Counted from the stretch's first letter, positions 19,820 to 30,229 are shown. The stretch is 64,000 nt of DNA from Nitrososphaerales archaeon (GCA_023256355.1 JAGDXJ010000053.1:11957-75956); one strand, 5' to 3'. Notes: generated by a model from the letters alone, not told the origin. Numbers and translations are program-made.

Positions 19820-21049
19820 TTAAGTTAAAAATTTCTTTATTTGATTTACTAGATCTTCTTTAGTTATTTCAAATTCCTGCCTAGTCTTCATTTCCTTAAT
19901 TTTTAATATGCCTCTTGAAAATTCACTTGGAAGTACAAGCACAACAAGAGAAGCGCCATTTCTTTCCGCTTCTGAAAGCTGTTCATTTAATCGGTTCTTA
20001 TGAGCGAGATCGCTTCTAAAACCTTCATCCCTTAGCTTTTCTGTAATTTTAAAAGCTTCTGATTTAAGTTCATTGACGTAACCCACATATATCAATGGCT
20101 CAGTTTCTTGGTTCAGTTGAGAAGCTAAGAGAAGCCTATCTACACCACCAGCTACCCCTAGAGCTTTAAGATCGTCTCTTCCAAACAATACAGGCAAAGA
20201 ATCATAACCTCCTCCTCCAGCTATTGCACCTAAATCTAAGCTTCCTTCGTCATAGGCTTCAAACACTATATCTGTATAATAATCAAGGCCCCTTACTATT
20301 TTGAAGTTTAGGTTGACTGGAACATTGAGAGCCTTAAGCAGATCTCGGACCTTTAAGAGGTCTGGGTTGATATATTTTTTTATAACTTCCGAATTTTCAT
20401 TGGCTTTTGAAACTTCAAGAACATTTCTTATAAGACCCCGCGAATAGCCCTTTTCTTCATATTCCAAAACAATCTCCTCTTCGCTCTTTTTACCGAGTTT
20501 ATCGATGGCCCTTAGAAGGTCCACGCTGAATTTTTCTCCAGCTATATCCTTGATAGCAGCTTCGACAGTTCGTCTGTCGCTTATAAAAATTATAGGTTTT
20601 TTAACCCCGGAACTTTTTAACATTCTATATGTAAATGAAAGAACCTCGGCATATGATTCAGGGGTTTTATCCCCATAAACTTCTAGATCCCATTGATAAA
20701 ACCACCTGTATCTTCCTTTTTGTGGTTCATCGTATCTCCACATGCTTGCAAAAGCCCCAAGCTTAATCGGAAGAGGAATATCCCTTCTTTCACATATATA
20801 CCTTGTTATTCCAACCGTTAAGTCAAATCTAAGTCCAAGATCTCTACCGGATTTATCTTTAAATGCGTATATTTCGTTTATTATTTCTTCTCCGCCCTTT
20901 GCCTCGAGTGTTTCTAAAAATTCCAGTGAAGACGGTTCCATCAGTTTTACATTATAAGACCTAGAAAGCGTAACAAAGTTTTCGCGTATCTTTTCTAACT
21001 TGTCATAAACCTCTGGATCATAATCCCTTAATCCTCTAGGTATTTTCAT
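19820..21049 (-). CDS. hisS: Histidine--tRNA ligase (class II), with an atypical GGGGYD signature
   Basis: 409 aa with RGLRDY, WRYDEPQKGRYRWFYQ (motif 2), VRGLDYYT, GVAGGVDRL (motif 3) and a C-terminal anticodon-binding domain. Confidence 0.8.
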   Translation of the reverse strand: MKIPRGLRDYDPEVYDKLEKIRENFVTLSRSYNVKLMEPSSLEFLETLEAKGGEEIINEIYAFKDKSGRDLGLRFDLTVGITRYICERRDIPLPIKLGAFASMWRYDEPQKGRYRWFYQWDLEVYGDKTPESYAEVLSFTYRMLKSSGVKKPIIFISDRRTVEAAIKDIAGEKFSVDLLRAIDKLGKKSEEEIVLEYEEKGYSRGLIRNVLEVSKANENSEVIKKYINPDLLKVRDLLKALNVPVNLNFKIVRGLDYYTDIVFEAYDEGSLDLGAIAGGGGYDSLPVLFGRDDLKALGVAGGVDRLLLASQLNQETEPLIYVGYVNELKSEAFKITEKLRDEGFRSDLAHKNRLNEQLSEAERNGASLVVLVLPSEFSRGILKIKEMKTRQEFEITKEDLVNQIKKFLT

Positions 21050-21134
21050 AAATCATCACCTAACCTGTTTATTAGCTGGTTTTTTAGTATATTTAACCTT
21101 AAGGTCTTAACATTTGACATAAATGCATCAAAAA

Positions 21135-22097
21135 TTAATCTTTTTTCTGTCCTATAGAGCTCAGCTCTGCTAGTAACGCTGAAAGCTGTATATCAGGATG
21201 TGCACCCTGTATAAGCCTAAAGTCATATTCTGCAAATATTTTAGCTACACGAGCAAGATCAACGTCTTTCCTACCGTTAATGGCTGAAAACATCATCTTA
21301 AGTATATCAGTTTCAGGTAACCCATAGATCATTATTAGCTTATAAAGTATCTCCCGTGCTTTCTTAAAATCTCCGGAAATTGCAGCTTCTACCATGCTGC
21401 TAATATCGCTTTCTCTAGTTATAGTAATTGTTGCCCTTACGTTTTCTACGTTTACTTCGCCAAGGGCTGCCGCTTCCTGAAGGTGGTTTATTGCTTTTCT
21501 CATATCACCTTCACTTATCTGATATATTAACTTCAAAGCGTCAACGCTACACTTAACCTTTTCATTATTACAAATGAACTGTAGCCTTTTTATAACAGAT
21601 TCTTCATCAAGCCTCCTAAACCTAAATATGGCGCATCTGCTCTGTATGGGTTCTATTATATTGCTTGAAACGTTAGCTATTATTATGAATCTTGAATTAG
21701 CTGAAGATTCTTCCATGATTCTTCTTAAAGCTGTCTGGGCATCAGAAGTCATTTCATCGGCTTCATCAAGTATTATTATTCTGTATGGTATGCCTGCTGA
21801 TTTGTCTACAAACCTAGTAAAGTTCTTTATCGTCGTCCTTACAGTGTCTATCCCTCTTGTATCTGAAGCATTAAGCTCAAGAGTATAGTTTCTCCAGTTT
21901 TCTCCAAGTATCTCTCTCGCCAAACAGAAAGCAACCGTAGTTTTTCCTGTGCCTGGCGGTCCAGCAAACAAAAGGTGAGGCATATCTTCGGGCTTTTTTA
22001 GAAATCCTTTTAATCTCTCCACTATCTCTTCTTGGTCTTCGACTTCATCAAGCTTTTGAGGTCTGTATTTTTCAACCCACATTATTTCCTTTATCAT
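21135..22097 (-). CDS. rfcS: Replication factor C small subunit
   Basis: 320 aa with WVEKYRP, GPPGTGKTT, DEAD and SRC motifs. Confidence 0.9.
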   Translation of the reverse strand: MIKEIMWVEKYRPQKLDEVEDQEEIVERLKGFLKKPEDMPHLLFAGPPGTGKTTVAFCLAREILGENWRNYTLELNASDTRGIDTVRTTIKNFTRFVDKSAGIPYRIIILDEADEMTSDAQTALRRIMEESSANSRFIIIANVSSNIIEPIQSRCAIFRFRRLDEESVIKRLQFICNNEKVKCSVDALKLIYQISEGDMRKAINHLQEAAALGEVNVENVRATITITRESDISSMVEAAISGDFKKAREILYKLIMIYGLPETDILKMMFSAINGRKDVDLARVAKIFAEYDFRLIQGAHPDIQLSALLAELSSIGQKKD

Positions 22098-22593
22098 GTA
22101 TTTTTCCCCTTCTTACCTCCATTATATGTGGTAGAATTTCCATAAATACCTTTAACCCTTCTTCTACAGCATTAGGCGATCCTGGTAACGAAACTATTAT
22201 AGAATCATTGATTAACCCAACGCTCATGTTTCCAAGCAATCCATGAGGTCCTATTTTTTGATAGCTCCTTCTTCTGAACTCTTCAGATATTCCAAAAATA
22301 AGCTTTTCAGAAATTTTAAAGACTATCTCGTCTGTAAAATCTGTTTTTGATGGGCCTGTCCCTCCAATTAGAAGGATTATATCTGGTTTAAAATTAAATA
22401 ATATAGAAGTTAAAGATTCTGTTATTGCCAGCTTGTCATCTGGTACTAAAGATCTGCAACAAACTTTATATCCCGAATTCCTTATCATCGCTGAAGCCAG
22501 TAGTCCACTTTTATCTACGACCGTTTCAGAATAAAATCTTGAAGTGCTAACTGTTATTATTCCAAAGTAATATATATCTGCAAACTCACTCAA
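22072..22593 (-). CDS. moaB: Molybdenum cofactor biosynthesis protein B (MoaB/MogA family)
   Basis: 173 aa with GGTGPSKTD and LPGSPNA motifs. Its 3' end overlaps the rfcS start. Confidence 0.75.
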   Translation of the reverse strand: MSEFADIYYFGIITVSTSRFYSETVVDKSGLLASAMIRNSGYKVCCRSLVPDDKLAITESLTSILFNFKPDIILLIGGTGPSKTDFTDEIVFKISEKLIFGISEEFRRRSYQKIGPHGLLGNMSVGLINDSIIVSLPGSPNAVEEGLKVFMEILPHIMEVRRGKIHDKGNNVG

Positions 22594-22641
22594 TTTGCAA
22601 TAATAATTTAATGAGCTTTTATAAAAGTTTGTACCTTTAGG

Positions 22642-23085
22642 TTAAACTGTCGAACCATCCTTGATTTTTTTAATAACCTTTATGTTCCTTATTTCAGTAT
22701 AAGGATACTGCCCGTTTTTATCTTTCTCATATTTTTTAACCATGTCCCATATGTTGAGAAGAGCAACTGAAACCCCATAAAGTGCCTCCATTTCTACACC
22801 AGTTTTTGCTTCTGCTTTAACTGTAACAGTAACTTCTACACCATCTTCCCTTAGCTCACACTGTGCTTCTGTATACTCAATAGGTATTGTGTGGCAGAAA
22901 GCTATAGCGCGCGTAGTATCTTTGACTGCTTCTATAGCTTTTAATTCTGCAACTGAAAGCGGATCACCCTTTTCTATTTTATGTTCTTTTATTCTTAAAA
23001 TTGATTCTTTTGATAATTTTATGAAACCATTAGCAATAGCTGTTCTTTCAATTACCTTTTTTTGAGCTATATCTATGCTTTTCAT
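22642..23085 (-). CDS. moaC: Cyclic pyranopterin monophosphate synthase MoaC
   Basis: The likely start is the internal Met (MKSIDIAQKK...). KGDPLSVAELKAIEAVKDT and EMEALYGVSVALLNIWDM are MoaC signatures. Confidence 0.8.
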   Translation of the reverse strand: MKSIDIAQKKVIERTAIANGFIKLSKESILRIKEHKIEKGDPLSVAELKAIEAVKDTTRAIAFCHTIPIEYTEAQCELREDGVEVTVTVKAEAKTGVEMEALYGVSVALLNIWDMVKKYEKDKNGQYPYTEIRNIKVIKKIKDGSTV

Positions 23086-23180
23086 TATAATTTTAACTTT
23101 ATAGATATCAAAATAATAAACTGTACGTTCATTTTTCGATAAGGTAATAAATAAAAGCACCTGTGAGAAAAGATATTGGG

Positions 23181-24929
23181 ATGGAAACTTTAGATTACGA
23201 TGTCGCTATAGTTGGAACAGGACTCGCAGGGCTTCGAACAGCTATTGAGATATTGAGAAGGGATAAGGGCAAACTAGGTTTAAGGGTAGCTGTAATTTCT
23301 AAGATTTACCTTATGAGAAGCCATTCTGTATCAGCAGAAGGGGGGACTTCTGCTGTTTTGTACCCTGAAGAAGGTGATAGTTTTGAACTGATGGCTTGGG
23401 ATACTATAAAGGGTAGCGATTTCTTGGCTGATCAGGATGCTGTGTGGAGGTTCGTTCACATAGCAACTCAAGAAATAAGGCTTATAGAAAGATGGGGGGT
23501 ACCTTGGAACAGGCGGGATGACGGAAGGATAGAGCAAAGGTGGTTTGGGGGTTTAAGTTTTCCACGAGCAACTTATGCTCAGGACAAGACAGGCTTCTTT
23601 GAAATGAGAGCTCTTTATGATACTTTATTAAAGTATGAAAACTGGGACAGATTCGATGAAAATTTTGTTACCTCAATCGTAATTGAAAATAATGAATTTA
23701 AAGGTTTTACAGCAATAGACCTTAAAACAGGTAACTTTAGGTATTTTAGGGCTAAGGCAGGAGTTATAGCTACAGGAGGGGCAGGTCAGCTTTACAGGAT
23801 CACGTCTATGGCAGCTAGTTCTACGGGTGATGGATTTGGGCTCGCCTATAACGCCGGTTTACCGCTTAAAGATATGGAGTTTGTACAGTTCCATCCAACA
23901 GGATTAGTGCCGAGAGGGATACTTATTACAGAGGCCGCAAGAGGGGAAGGCGCTTACCTTGTAAATAAAGACGGTGAAAGGTTTATGAAAAGATATGCTC
24001 CAAGCAAAATGGAACTTGCTCCTAGGGATATAGTTTCTAGGGCTATAATGAAAGAAATAATGGAAGGAAGAGGCGTATATGATGATAAAAGTGGGCTTTA
24101 TCATGTATGGCTAGACATGCGACACCTTGGAAAAGAAAGGATAGAAGAAAGGCTTCCTTTCATAAGGGAGATAGGCCTTAAATATTTAGGAATAGACATC
24201 GTAAATCAACCGCTTCCAATAAGACCAACGGTGCACTATAATATGGGTGGAATTCATGTTGATATAGACGGTAAAGTTCTTAACGCCAGCGGGTCGCCTG
24301 TTAAAGGACTTTGGGCAGCAGGAGAGGCTGCATGTGTAAGCATACATGGCTCGAACAGACTAGGTTCGAACGGAACAAACGATTGCCTTGTATATGGCTA
24401 TATAGTTGGTAACGATGTTTATAATTACATTGAAAAAGAAAGACCAGCTTCTCCAAACCTCAGCCAGAATATTCTACTGGGTGAAGAAGACAGAATATTC
24501 GGAAAAATTTTGGGTAAAGAAAGCGGCGGAGAAGACGTGTATCAAATAAAGGATGAACTTAAAGATACAATGGAAAAGTATGTACATGTATACAGAACAG
24601 GTTCAGATTTGGAAAAAGCAGTAATTAAAATAAAGGAACTGAAAGAAAGATATAAGTACATAAAGCTGAGTGATAAAAGCAGGACGTTTAATTATAATTT
24701 AGAACATGCGCTTGAACTAGGTTTTATGCTAGATCAGGCAGAAGTAATAGCTCGTGGAGCTCTCCTTAGGACTGAAAGCAGAGGTGCCCACGCGCGTCTT
24801 GACTACCCTAACAGGGACGATGCAAACTGGCTCAAGCACACGATTGCTTTAAAGGGAGCCGAAGGTCCGTTATTTTCTTATATACCTGTAAAGATCACTA
24901 TGTGGAAACCTGTTGCGAGGGTGTATTAA
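23181..24929 (+). CDS. sdhA: Succinate dehydrogenase/fumarate reductase flavoprotein subunit
   Basis: DVAIVGTGLAGL (FAD) and RSHSVSAEGG (the His for covalent FAD). The ATG at 23181 lies about 27 nt downstream of the TATA-like aataaataaaag. Confidence 0.9.
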   Translation: METLDYDVAIVGTGLAGLRTAIEILRRDKGKLGLRVAVISKIYLMRSHSVSAEGGTSAVLYPEEGDSFELMAWDTIKGSDFLADQDAVWRFVHIATQEIRLIERWGVPWNRRDDGRIEQRWFGGLSFPRATYAQDKTGFFEMRALYDTLLKYENWDRFDENFVTSIVIENNEFKGFTAIDLKTGNFRYFRAKAGVIATGGAGQLYRITSMAASSTGDGFGLAYNAGLPLKDMEFVQFHPTGLVPRGILITEAARGEGAYLVNKDGERFMKRYAPSKMELAPRDIVSRAIMKEIMEGRGVYDDKSGLYHVWLDMRHLGKERIEERLPFIREIGLKYLGIDIVNQPLPIRPTVHYNMGGIHVDIDGKVLNASGSPVKGLWAAGEAACVSIHGSNRLGSNGTNDCLVYGYIVGNDVYNYIEKERPASPNLSQNILLGEEDRIFGKILGKESGGEDVYQIKDELKDTMEKYVHVYRTGSDLEKAVIKIKELKERYKYIKLSDKSRTFNYNLEHALELGFMLDQAEVIARGALLRTESRGAHARLDYPNRDDANWLKHTIALKGAEGPLFSYIPVKITMWKPVARVY

Positions 24930-24931
24930 AA

Positions 24932-25738
24932 ATGAAGGTTAGAATAAGAAGGTTTGATGGGCAAAAGGAATGGTGGCAGGATTACGAAATCGATGCCAAG
25001 CCTTCTGACACCGTCCTCGATATTCTTAATAGGATAAGGGAAAAACATGACCATACTCTTGCATTCAGACAATCTTGTCAGATGGGATCCTGCGGATCCT
25101 GCGGAATGGTAATAAACGGTTTGCCAGCACTTGCGTGTCAGACACGAATAGGTGAACTCAAGACAGAAAGCATAAGGCTCGAACCACTTTATAATTATAA
25201 AGTAATTAAAGATCTTGTTGTTGACCTTACAGACTTTGTAAACAAACACAGAAGTGTTAAACCATGGATGATAAGAAAGAACCCGGAAGAACTAGAGGAG
25301 GCGTCTATGGAATTTCAAGTAACACCGGATCAAAACCTTACTTTTGTTCAGTTTGATTACTGTATAATGTGCGGAGTCTGTCTCGCAGCATGTCCAACTG
25401 TAGCCATAGATCCATTATTCTTAGGACCTCAAGCACTGGGTCAGGCTTATAGGTACATTGCTGATCCAAGAGATGAAGGTTTTGAAGAGAGAATTGAAGT
25501 TTTAGATGATTCACACGGAGTCTGGAGATGTCATTTTGCAGGAGCATGTAGCTACGTTTGTCCAAAGGGCGTCGACCCAGCAAAAGCAATACAATATTTA
25601 AAGAAAGAGATACTTAAATACAGGTTGCTTCATAAAAAGAAGGCGTCTGTGAAACCTGCTGAACTCGTTCAAAAGGCTCCACCTGCAAATGCACCTAAGC
25701 CTCCGCCTTTTGATTTTAAAATAGAAGGTGGCGAATGA
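24932..25738 (+). CDS. sdhB: Succinate dehydrogenase iron-sulfur subunit
   Basis: CQMGSCGSCG ([2Fe-2S]) and CIMCGVCLAACP / C...CSYVCP clusters. The start is MKVRIRRF, right after the sdhA stop. It has a Pro-rich C-terminal tail. Confidence 0.9.
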   Translation: MKVRIRRFDGQKEWWQDYEIDAKPSDTVLDILNRIREKHDHTLAFRQSCQMGSCGSCGMVINGLPALACQTRIGELKTESIRLEPLYNYKVIKDLVVDLTDFVNKHRSVKPWMIRKNPEELEEASMEFQVTPDQNLTFVQFDYCIMCGVCLAACPTVAIDPLFLGPQALGQAYRYIADPRDEGFEERIEVLDDSHGVWRCHFAGACSYVCPKGVDPAKAIQYLKKEILKYRLLHKKKASVKPAELVQKAPPANAPKPPPFDFKIEGGE

Positions 25739-26205
25739 AGATGGACAGAGAAAAAGAAGAAAAAAGGTATAAGTCAGGCCTTTTGAGAAGTCTTTGGCCA
25801 TACAATTTTAACGTAGAAAGATACACGTATACTCTTCACAGAATAACAGGTGTAATATTAATTCTTTATCTTATTGCTCATGTTTTTGAAATCTATCATT
25901 TAGCTTTAGGCCCTGCTGCTTGGCAACAAACAATGGCTTTGCTTGGTAGCCTTGGTATATGGGAAAAAATAGGGCTCTGGATAATAGCTGGTTCTGCACT
26001 GTACCATGGTGCTAACGGTTTAAGATTGATTCTTAATGAAGCTTTTGGAATACTGCTTGGAAAACCTGTACTTCCAGAGTATCCTTATACACCAACGTCA
26101 CTAAGCAGGAACCAAAAAATTGCAATATACGTTATAGTGTTGATAGTAGAGGCTCTTTGGATATGGGCTGGAATTTACCTTTTGTGGGGGCTCGGTATAA
26201 TCTGA
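25735..26205 (+). CDS. sdhC: Succinate dehydrogenase membrane anchor (cytochrome b-like) subunit C
   Basis: 156 aa with three hydrophobic helices and conserved His residues (LHRITG, AHVFE), in the operon position. Confidence 0.65.
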   Translation: MKMDREKEEKRYKSGLLRSLWPYNFNVERYTYTLHRITGVILILYLIAHVFEIYHLALGPAAWQQTMALLGSLGIWEKIGLWIIAGSALYHGANGLRLILNEAFGILLGKPVLPEYPYTPTSLSRNQKIAIYVIVLIVEALWIWAGIYLLWGLGII

Positions 26206-26215
26206 GGTGAAAAAA

Positions 26216-26569
26216 ATGCCAAGCAAATACAGCCTTTTAAAGGAATCGTGGAACATGATACTGATGTATGCTCTGGCTTTAATAATGGTATTTGTACTAA
26301 CTTTCCACTTGTTACTTGTAAGCCCACTAACCGGAAAAACCTTTGAGCAAGTACTTAATTATTCATACGTTCTTCATAATCTCACATATTACAGGATAGT
26401 TTTTGGATTGTTGCTTTATGCTGCGGTGATACACGGGCTTAATGGGCTCAGAGTTGTCCTTATAGAATGGCTACATGTTAAGAGATTTCAGTGGATAATT
26501 AACACAATAATAGTAATACTTATGGCTGTTCTTCTTGCGGTCGGAACATATACTTTAATCGCAATTTAA
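26216..26569 (+). CDS. sdhD: Succinate dehydrogenase membrane anchor subunit D
   Basis: The ORF opens with GTG at 26207. The ATG at 26216 lies 5 nt after the SD-like gaggtga. There are three TM helices. Confidence 0.6.
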   Translation: MPSKYSLLKESWNMILMYALALIMVFVLTFHLLLVSPLTGKTFEQVLNYSYVLHNLTYYRIVFGLLLYAAVIHGLNGLRVVLIEWLHVKRFQWIINTIIVILMAVLLAVGTYTLIAI

Positions 26570-26640
26570 TTTTTTACTAGTGTTTCATAAAAAAGTCAAT
26601 TACCATTAATTTTTTAAACGTCGGAAGCGTTTGTTAAGTC

Positions 26641-27744
26641 ATGGTAGATCTGCTGGAGTACGAAGGAAAAAGCATATTCAAGGAGTATGGAATACCAGTT
26701 CCGGAATTTGCAGTTGTTTCAGATGAAAAAGACATACCTGATTTTAATGAAAAGATGGTCATAAAAGCACAGGTCCCTACCGGAGGAAGGGGTAAAAGAG
26801 GCGGGGTAAGGATAGTAAATAACAGAGAAGAAGCTATCAAAGCTATGAAAGAAATAAAAAACATAGACTTTGATGGATACAGGGCTGAAAAATTTATTCT
26901 TGAAAAAGCATATAATATTAGAAAGGAACTTTATATCAGCGTAACGCTCGACAGAAGTGCGGAGATGCCTGTAGTATTGGCATCGGCTGAAGGCGGAGTT
27001 GATATAAACTCGGTTCCTCAGGAAAAAATATACAAGAAACCGATAAACCCATTTGTTGGCGTAACTGAGTACTCTAAAAGGGAACTATCAAAATTTCTTA
27101 ATCTAACAGCAGAGCAGGCGCAGGAAATGGGAAAAATTCTGTCAGGTCTGTATAACATATATGATCGATTAGATGCATCACTGGCTGAAATAAACCCGTT
27201 AGGTTTGACAGACAATGGTCTTATAGCGCTTGATTCAAAAATAACTGTAGAAGATGACGCCCTATTCAGGCACAAAGATATACCCATAAGGTATTTCGGG
27301 CTAGATGAAATAGAACTAGAAGCAAAGAAAAAAGGACTATCATTTGTAAAACTTGAAGGCGATATAGGGATAATAGCTAATGGAGCTGGTCTTAACATGG
27401 CAACTATAGATCTTATAGCTCAGGCAGGGGGTAAGCCAGCGAACTTTTTTGATCTTGGAGGCACTGATGATCCGGAAAAAGTAATTCAGGCAATAGAGCT
27501 CGCTTCAAAGGTAACAAACAAGGTTCTTTTCATAAATATATTTGGAGGGGTAACTAGGTGTGACACAGTAGCAAGAGGTGTAGTACAGGCTATTAATGAA
27601 CTAAAGCCAAAGTTCAAGCTCGTAGTAAGAATAAGAGGGGCAAACGAAGAAGAAGGAAGAAAAATACTTTTAGAAAATAAAATAGAATCAATGCTTAACT
27701 TGGACGAAGCTGTAGAACGTGTAGTTAAGCTTGCCGGTGAATAA
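26641..27744 (+). CDS. sucC: Succinyl-CoA ligase (ADP-forming) beta subunit
   Basis: 367 aa. The ATP-grasp N-terminus (LLEYEGKSIFKEYGIPVP, GGRGKRGGV) is followed by GIIANGAGLNMAT. Confidence 0.9.
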   Translation: MVDLLEYEGKSIFKEYGIPVPEFAVVSDEKDIPDFNEKMVIKAQVPTGGRGKRGGVRIVNNREEAIKAMKEIKNIDFDGYRAEKFILEKAYNIRKELYISVTLDRSAEMPVVLASAEGGVDINSVPQEKIYKKPINPFVGVTEYSKRELSKFLNLTAEQAQEMGKILSGLYNIYDRLDASLAEINPLGLTDNGLIALDSKITVEDDALFRHKDIPIRYFGLDEIELEAKKKGLSFVKLEGDIGIIANGAGLNMATIDLIAQAGGKPANFFDLGGTDDPEKVIQAIELASKVTNKVLFINIFGGVTRCDTVARGVVQAINELKPKFKLVVRIRGANEEEGRKILLENKIESMLNLDEAVERVVKLAGE

Positions 27745-27747
27745 AAA

Positions 27748-28626
27748 ATGGCCATAATAGTTACAGAAAAAGGTTTACCAGTTATTGTTCAGGGTATAAC
27801 AGGCCATCAAGGAAGCTTTCACGCGTCCCAGATGAAAGCATTTGGGACAAATATAGTAGGTGGTGTAACTCCAGGAAAAGGTGGCACAAACATCAACGGC
27901 ATACCAGTTTTTGACTCTGTAAAGGATGCGGTAAAAGAAACAGGGGCAAAAGCATCTGTAGTTTTTGTTCCCGCACCATATGCGCCCGATGCTGTGATAG
28001 AAGCCATAGATTCAGGCATAAAAATTATAGTGATAATAACAGAACACATACCTTTCCATGACATGACGAAACTGAAACTCTACGCTAAGCTCATGGGGGC
28101 AAAATTAGTTGGCCCGAATGGTCCTGGGATAACTTCTGTAGGCATAGCTAAATTAGGCATAATGCCAAATTCCATTTTTAAGCCAGGTCCAATTGGAGTT
28201 GTCTCTAGAAGCGGAACTCTAACCTATGAAATAGTAAACACAATCAGTGAAGCCGGTCTAGGTGAAACTACTGTCATAGGAATAGGCGGCGATCAGGTTG
28301 TAGGTACAACTATGCAGGAGGCTGTCAGGATGTTTCAACAAGACGAATCGACTAAAGCTATAGTCGTTGTAGGCGAAATAGGAGGGACAGCTGAAGAAGA
28401 GACAGCCGAAATAATAAGAAAAGAAGTGAGCAAACCTGTAATCGCTTTTATTGCTGGAAGATATGCACCTCCGGGAAAAAGGATGGGACATGCCGGTGCA
28501 ATAATAACAGGTAACAAAGGCACTGCTCAGAGCAAAATAAATGCTTTCCAAGAAGCTGGTGTAAAGGTGGCATCTAGACCCTCTGAAATTCCCGTACTTA
28601 TAAGACAAAAATTGCAAAGCCTCTAG
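27748..28626 (+). CDS. sucD: Succinyl-CoA ligase alpha subunit
   Basis: 292 aa with VQGITGHQG, SRSGTLTYE and GHAGAII (the phosphohistidine). Confidence 0.9.
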   Translation: MAIIVTEKGLPVIVQGITGHQGSFHASQMKAFGTNIVGGVTPGKGGTNINGIPVFDSVKDAVKETGAKASVVFVPAPYAPDAVIEAIDSGIKIIVIITEHIPFHDMTKLKLYAKLMGAKLVGPNGPGITSVGIAKLGIMPNSIFKPGPIGVVSRSGTLTYEIVNTISEAGLGETTVIGIGGDQVVGTTMQEAVRMFQQDESTKAIVVVGEIGGTAEEETAEIIRKEVSKPVIAFIAGRYAPPGKRMGHAGAIITGNKGTAQSKINAFQEAGVKVASRPSEIPVLIRQKLQSL

Positions 28627-28667
28627 AGAAACTTATTTAACATGGTTTTTATTAAATAAAAATTAAG

Positions 28668-29894
28668 ATGGACGTAAAAATAGCTCTTATTGGAAAGACA
28701 AATGCAGGAAAAACTACAATATTTAACACTGTAACTGGGAAGAATGAACCTATAGGTAACTATATGTTTACAACTCAAAATCCGGTATCTGGTACGACTT
28801 ATGTGACATCTCCTTGCGTACATAAAGAATTTGGTGTAATAGATAATCCAATAAACTCAAAATGTATTGAAGGATGGAGATATATACCTATAGAAATAAC
28901 GGATCTACCAGGTTTGATAAAGGGCGCAAGCTATGGGAAGGGTCTTGGCACTCGGTTTTTATCTGAAGCTATGAAGGCTGATGCTTTTATTCATGTTATA
29001 GATGCATCAGGTAGTATAGATGAAGATGGAAGAATAGCTGAGCCTGGAACAGGCGATCCATTTAGGGATTATCAAGAAATAGAAGGAGAAATAGTCCAGT
29101 GGTACAAAAACCTATTAGAAAACAACTTAGATAAAATACTAAAAAAGATAGAAACAACCAAGAATGAGCAGGAAGCTGTAAACATAGTTTATGAGACTCT
29201 TGCAGGCGTAAAAATAACAAAACTTCATATTATTCAGGCGCTTGAAGATATGGGGATAAGTGTATACGAATTCAGAAGCATGACCGACGAAAAAATTTGG
29301 CGTTTAGCTGCTCTGCTTCGTGATATTTCAAAACCTACTTTGATAGTAGCCAATAAAATGGATATACCAGCAGCCGATAGCGGTTTTAAGTACCTTAAAG
29401 ATAAGATTAAAGATAAGATAATAGTGCCTGTAAGTGCTAACCTCGAATTGTTGCTTAAAAGAGCTGAACAAAAAGGTACAGTTAGGTATAATCCAGCTGA
29501 AGAGAATTTCTTAGTTATAGACAGTTCTAATTTAACCAAGGACGAAAAAAAGGCTATAGATTTCTTTAACAAGTTTCTGATAAGAGAAATGATGCGTGCT
29601 GGCACGCAGTTTGCCTTAAACGTTGCCGTTTTTAAACTTCTTAGGATGAACGTAGTATATCCAGTTGCAGATCCCAAAAAGCTTTCAGACAAGAAAGGTA
29701 ACGTGCTTCCTGACGCTTATCTAGTGCCCGATGGAAGCACTGTAAAAGACCTCGCCGAAATCATTCATAGTGAGCTTGCGGTTGGGTTGCTTTACGCTAT
29801 AGATGTTAGAACAGGACTTAGGCTTCCACCAACATATCGTATCAAAGATAGGGATGTACTGCATCTGGTTTCTGCAACTAGAAAATCTAAATAG
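28668..29894 (+). CDS. OBG-family GTPase (YchF/Ygr210-like) with C-terminal TGS domain
   Basis: 408 aa with GKTNAGKTT (G1), DLPGL (G3) and NKMD (G4), plus a C-terminal TGS-like RIKDRDVLHLV. Confidence 0.75.
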   Translation: MDVKIALIGKTNAGKTTIFNTVTGKNEPIGNYMFTTQNPVSGTTYVTSPCVHKEFGVIDNPINSKCIEGWRYIPIEITDLPGLIKGASYGKGLGTRFLSEAMKADAFIHVIDASGSIDEDGRIAEPGTGDPFRDYQEIEGEIVQWYKNLLENNLDKILKKIETTKNEQEAVNIVYETLAGVKITKLHIIQALEDMGISVYEFRSMTDEKIWRLAALLRDISKPTLIVANKMDIPAADSGFKYLKDKIKDKIIVPVSANLELLLKRAEQKGTVRYNPAEENFLVIDSSNLTKDEKKAIDFFNKFLIREMMRAGTQFALNVAVFKLLRMNVVYPVADPKKLSDKKGNVLPDAYLVPDGSTVKDLAEIIHSELAVGLLYAIDVRTGLRLPPTYRIKDRDVLHLVSATRKSK

Positions 29895-29929
29895 CAAACA
29901 TTATAATCTCTCTCTCCTTTTTTATTAAC

Positions 29930-30157
29930 ATGGAAAGCGAGCTATCTTATGCACAAGTATACAGAATATTTAAAAAAAGTGGAGCTGAAAGGGTTAGCGA
30001 TGAAGCCGTAAGAGAACTTGCAAGATTTTTTCAAATTTATGGAGAAAAAATAGCAAAACAGGCTAATGAATTGGCGAATCATGCAGGAAGAAAAACGATT
30101 AAAGCATCAGATGTAAGACTTGCAATAAAAAATATAATAAATATCGACTTAGATTAG
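29930..30157 (+). CDS. Archaeal histone (histone-fold protein)
   Basis: 75 aa. RIFKKSGAERVSDEAVRELARFF...AGRKTIKASDVRLAIK matches the HMf-type histone fold. Confidence 0.85.
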   Translation: MESELSYAQVYRIFKKSGAERVSDEAVRELARFFQIYGEKIAKQANELANHAGRKTIKASDVRLAIKNIINIDLD

Positions 30158-30172
30158 CTAAAATAACAAAGT

Positions 30173-30229
30173 TTATGAAGACTGTTGCTGGCCTTCCTTC
30201 TTTTCTTCAGATTTCTTCTTCTTGGCCAT
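30173..30229 (-). CDS. Speculative 18-codon Lys/Glu-rich micro-ORF (MAKKKKSEEKKEGQQQSS)
   Basis: The ATG is preceded by the SD-like gaggtga with about 6 nt spacing. It sits inside an 8-bp inverted repeat (tgaagact/agtcttca). I recognise no homology. Confidence 0.15.
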   Translation of the reverse strand: MAKKKKSEEKKEGQQQSS

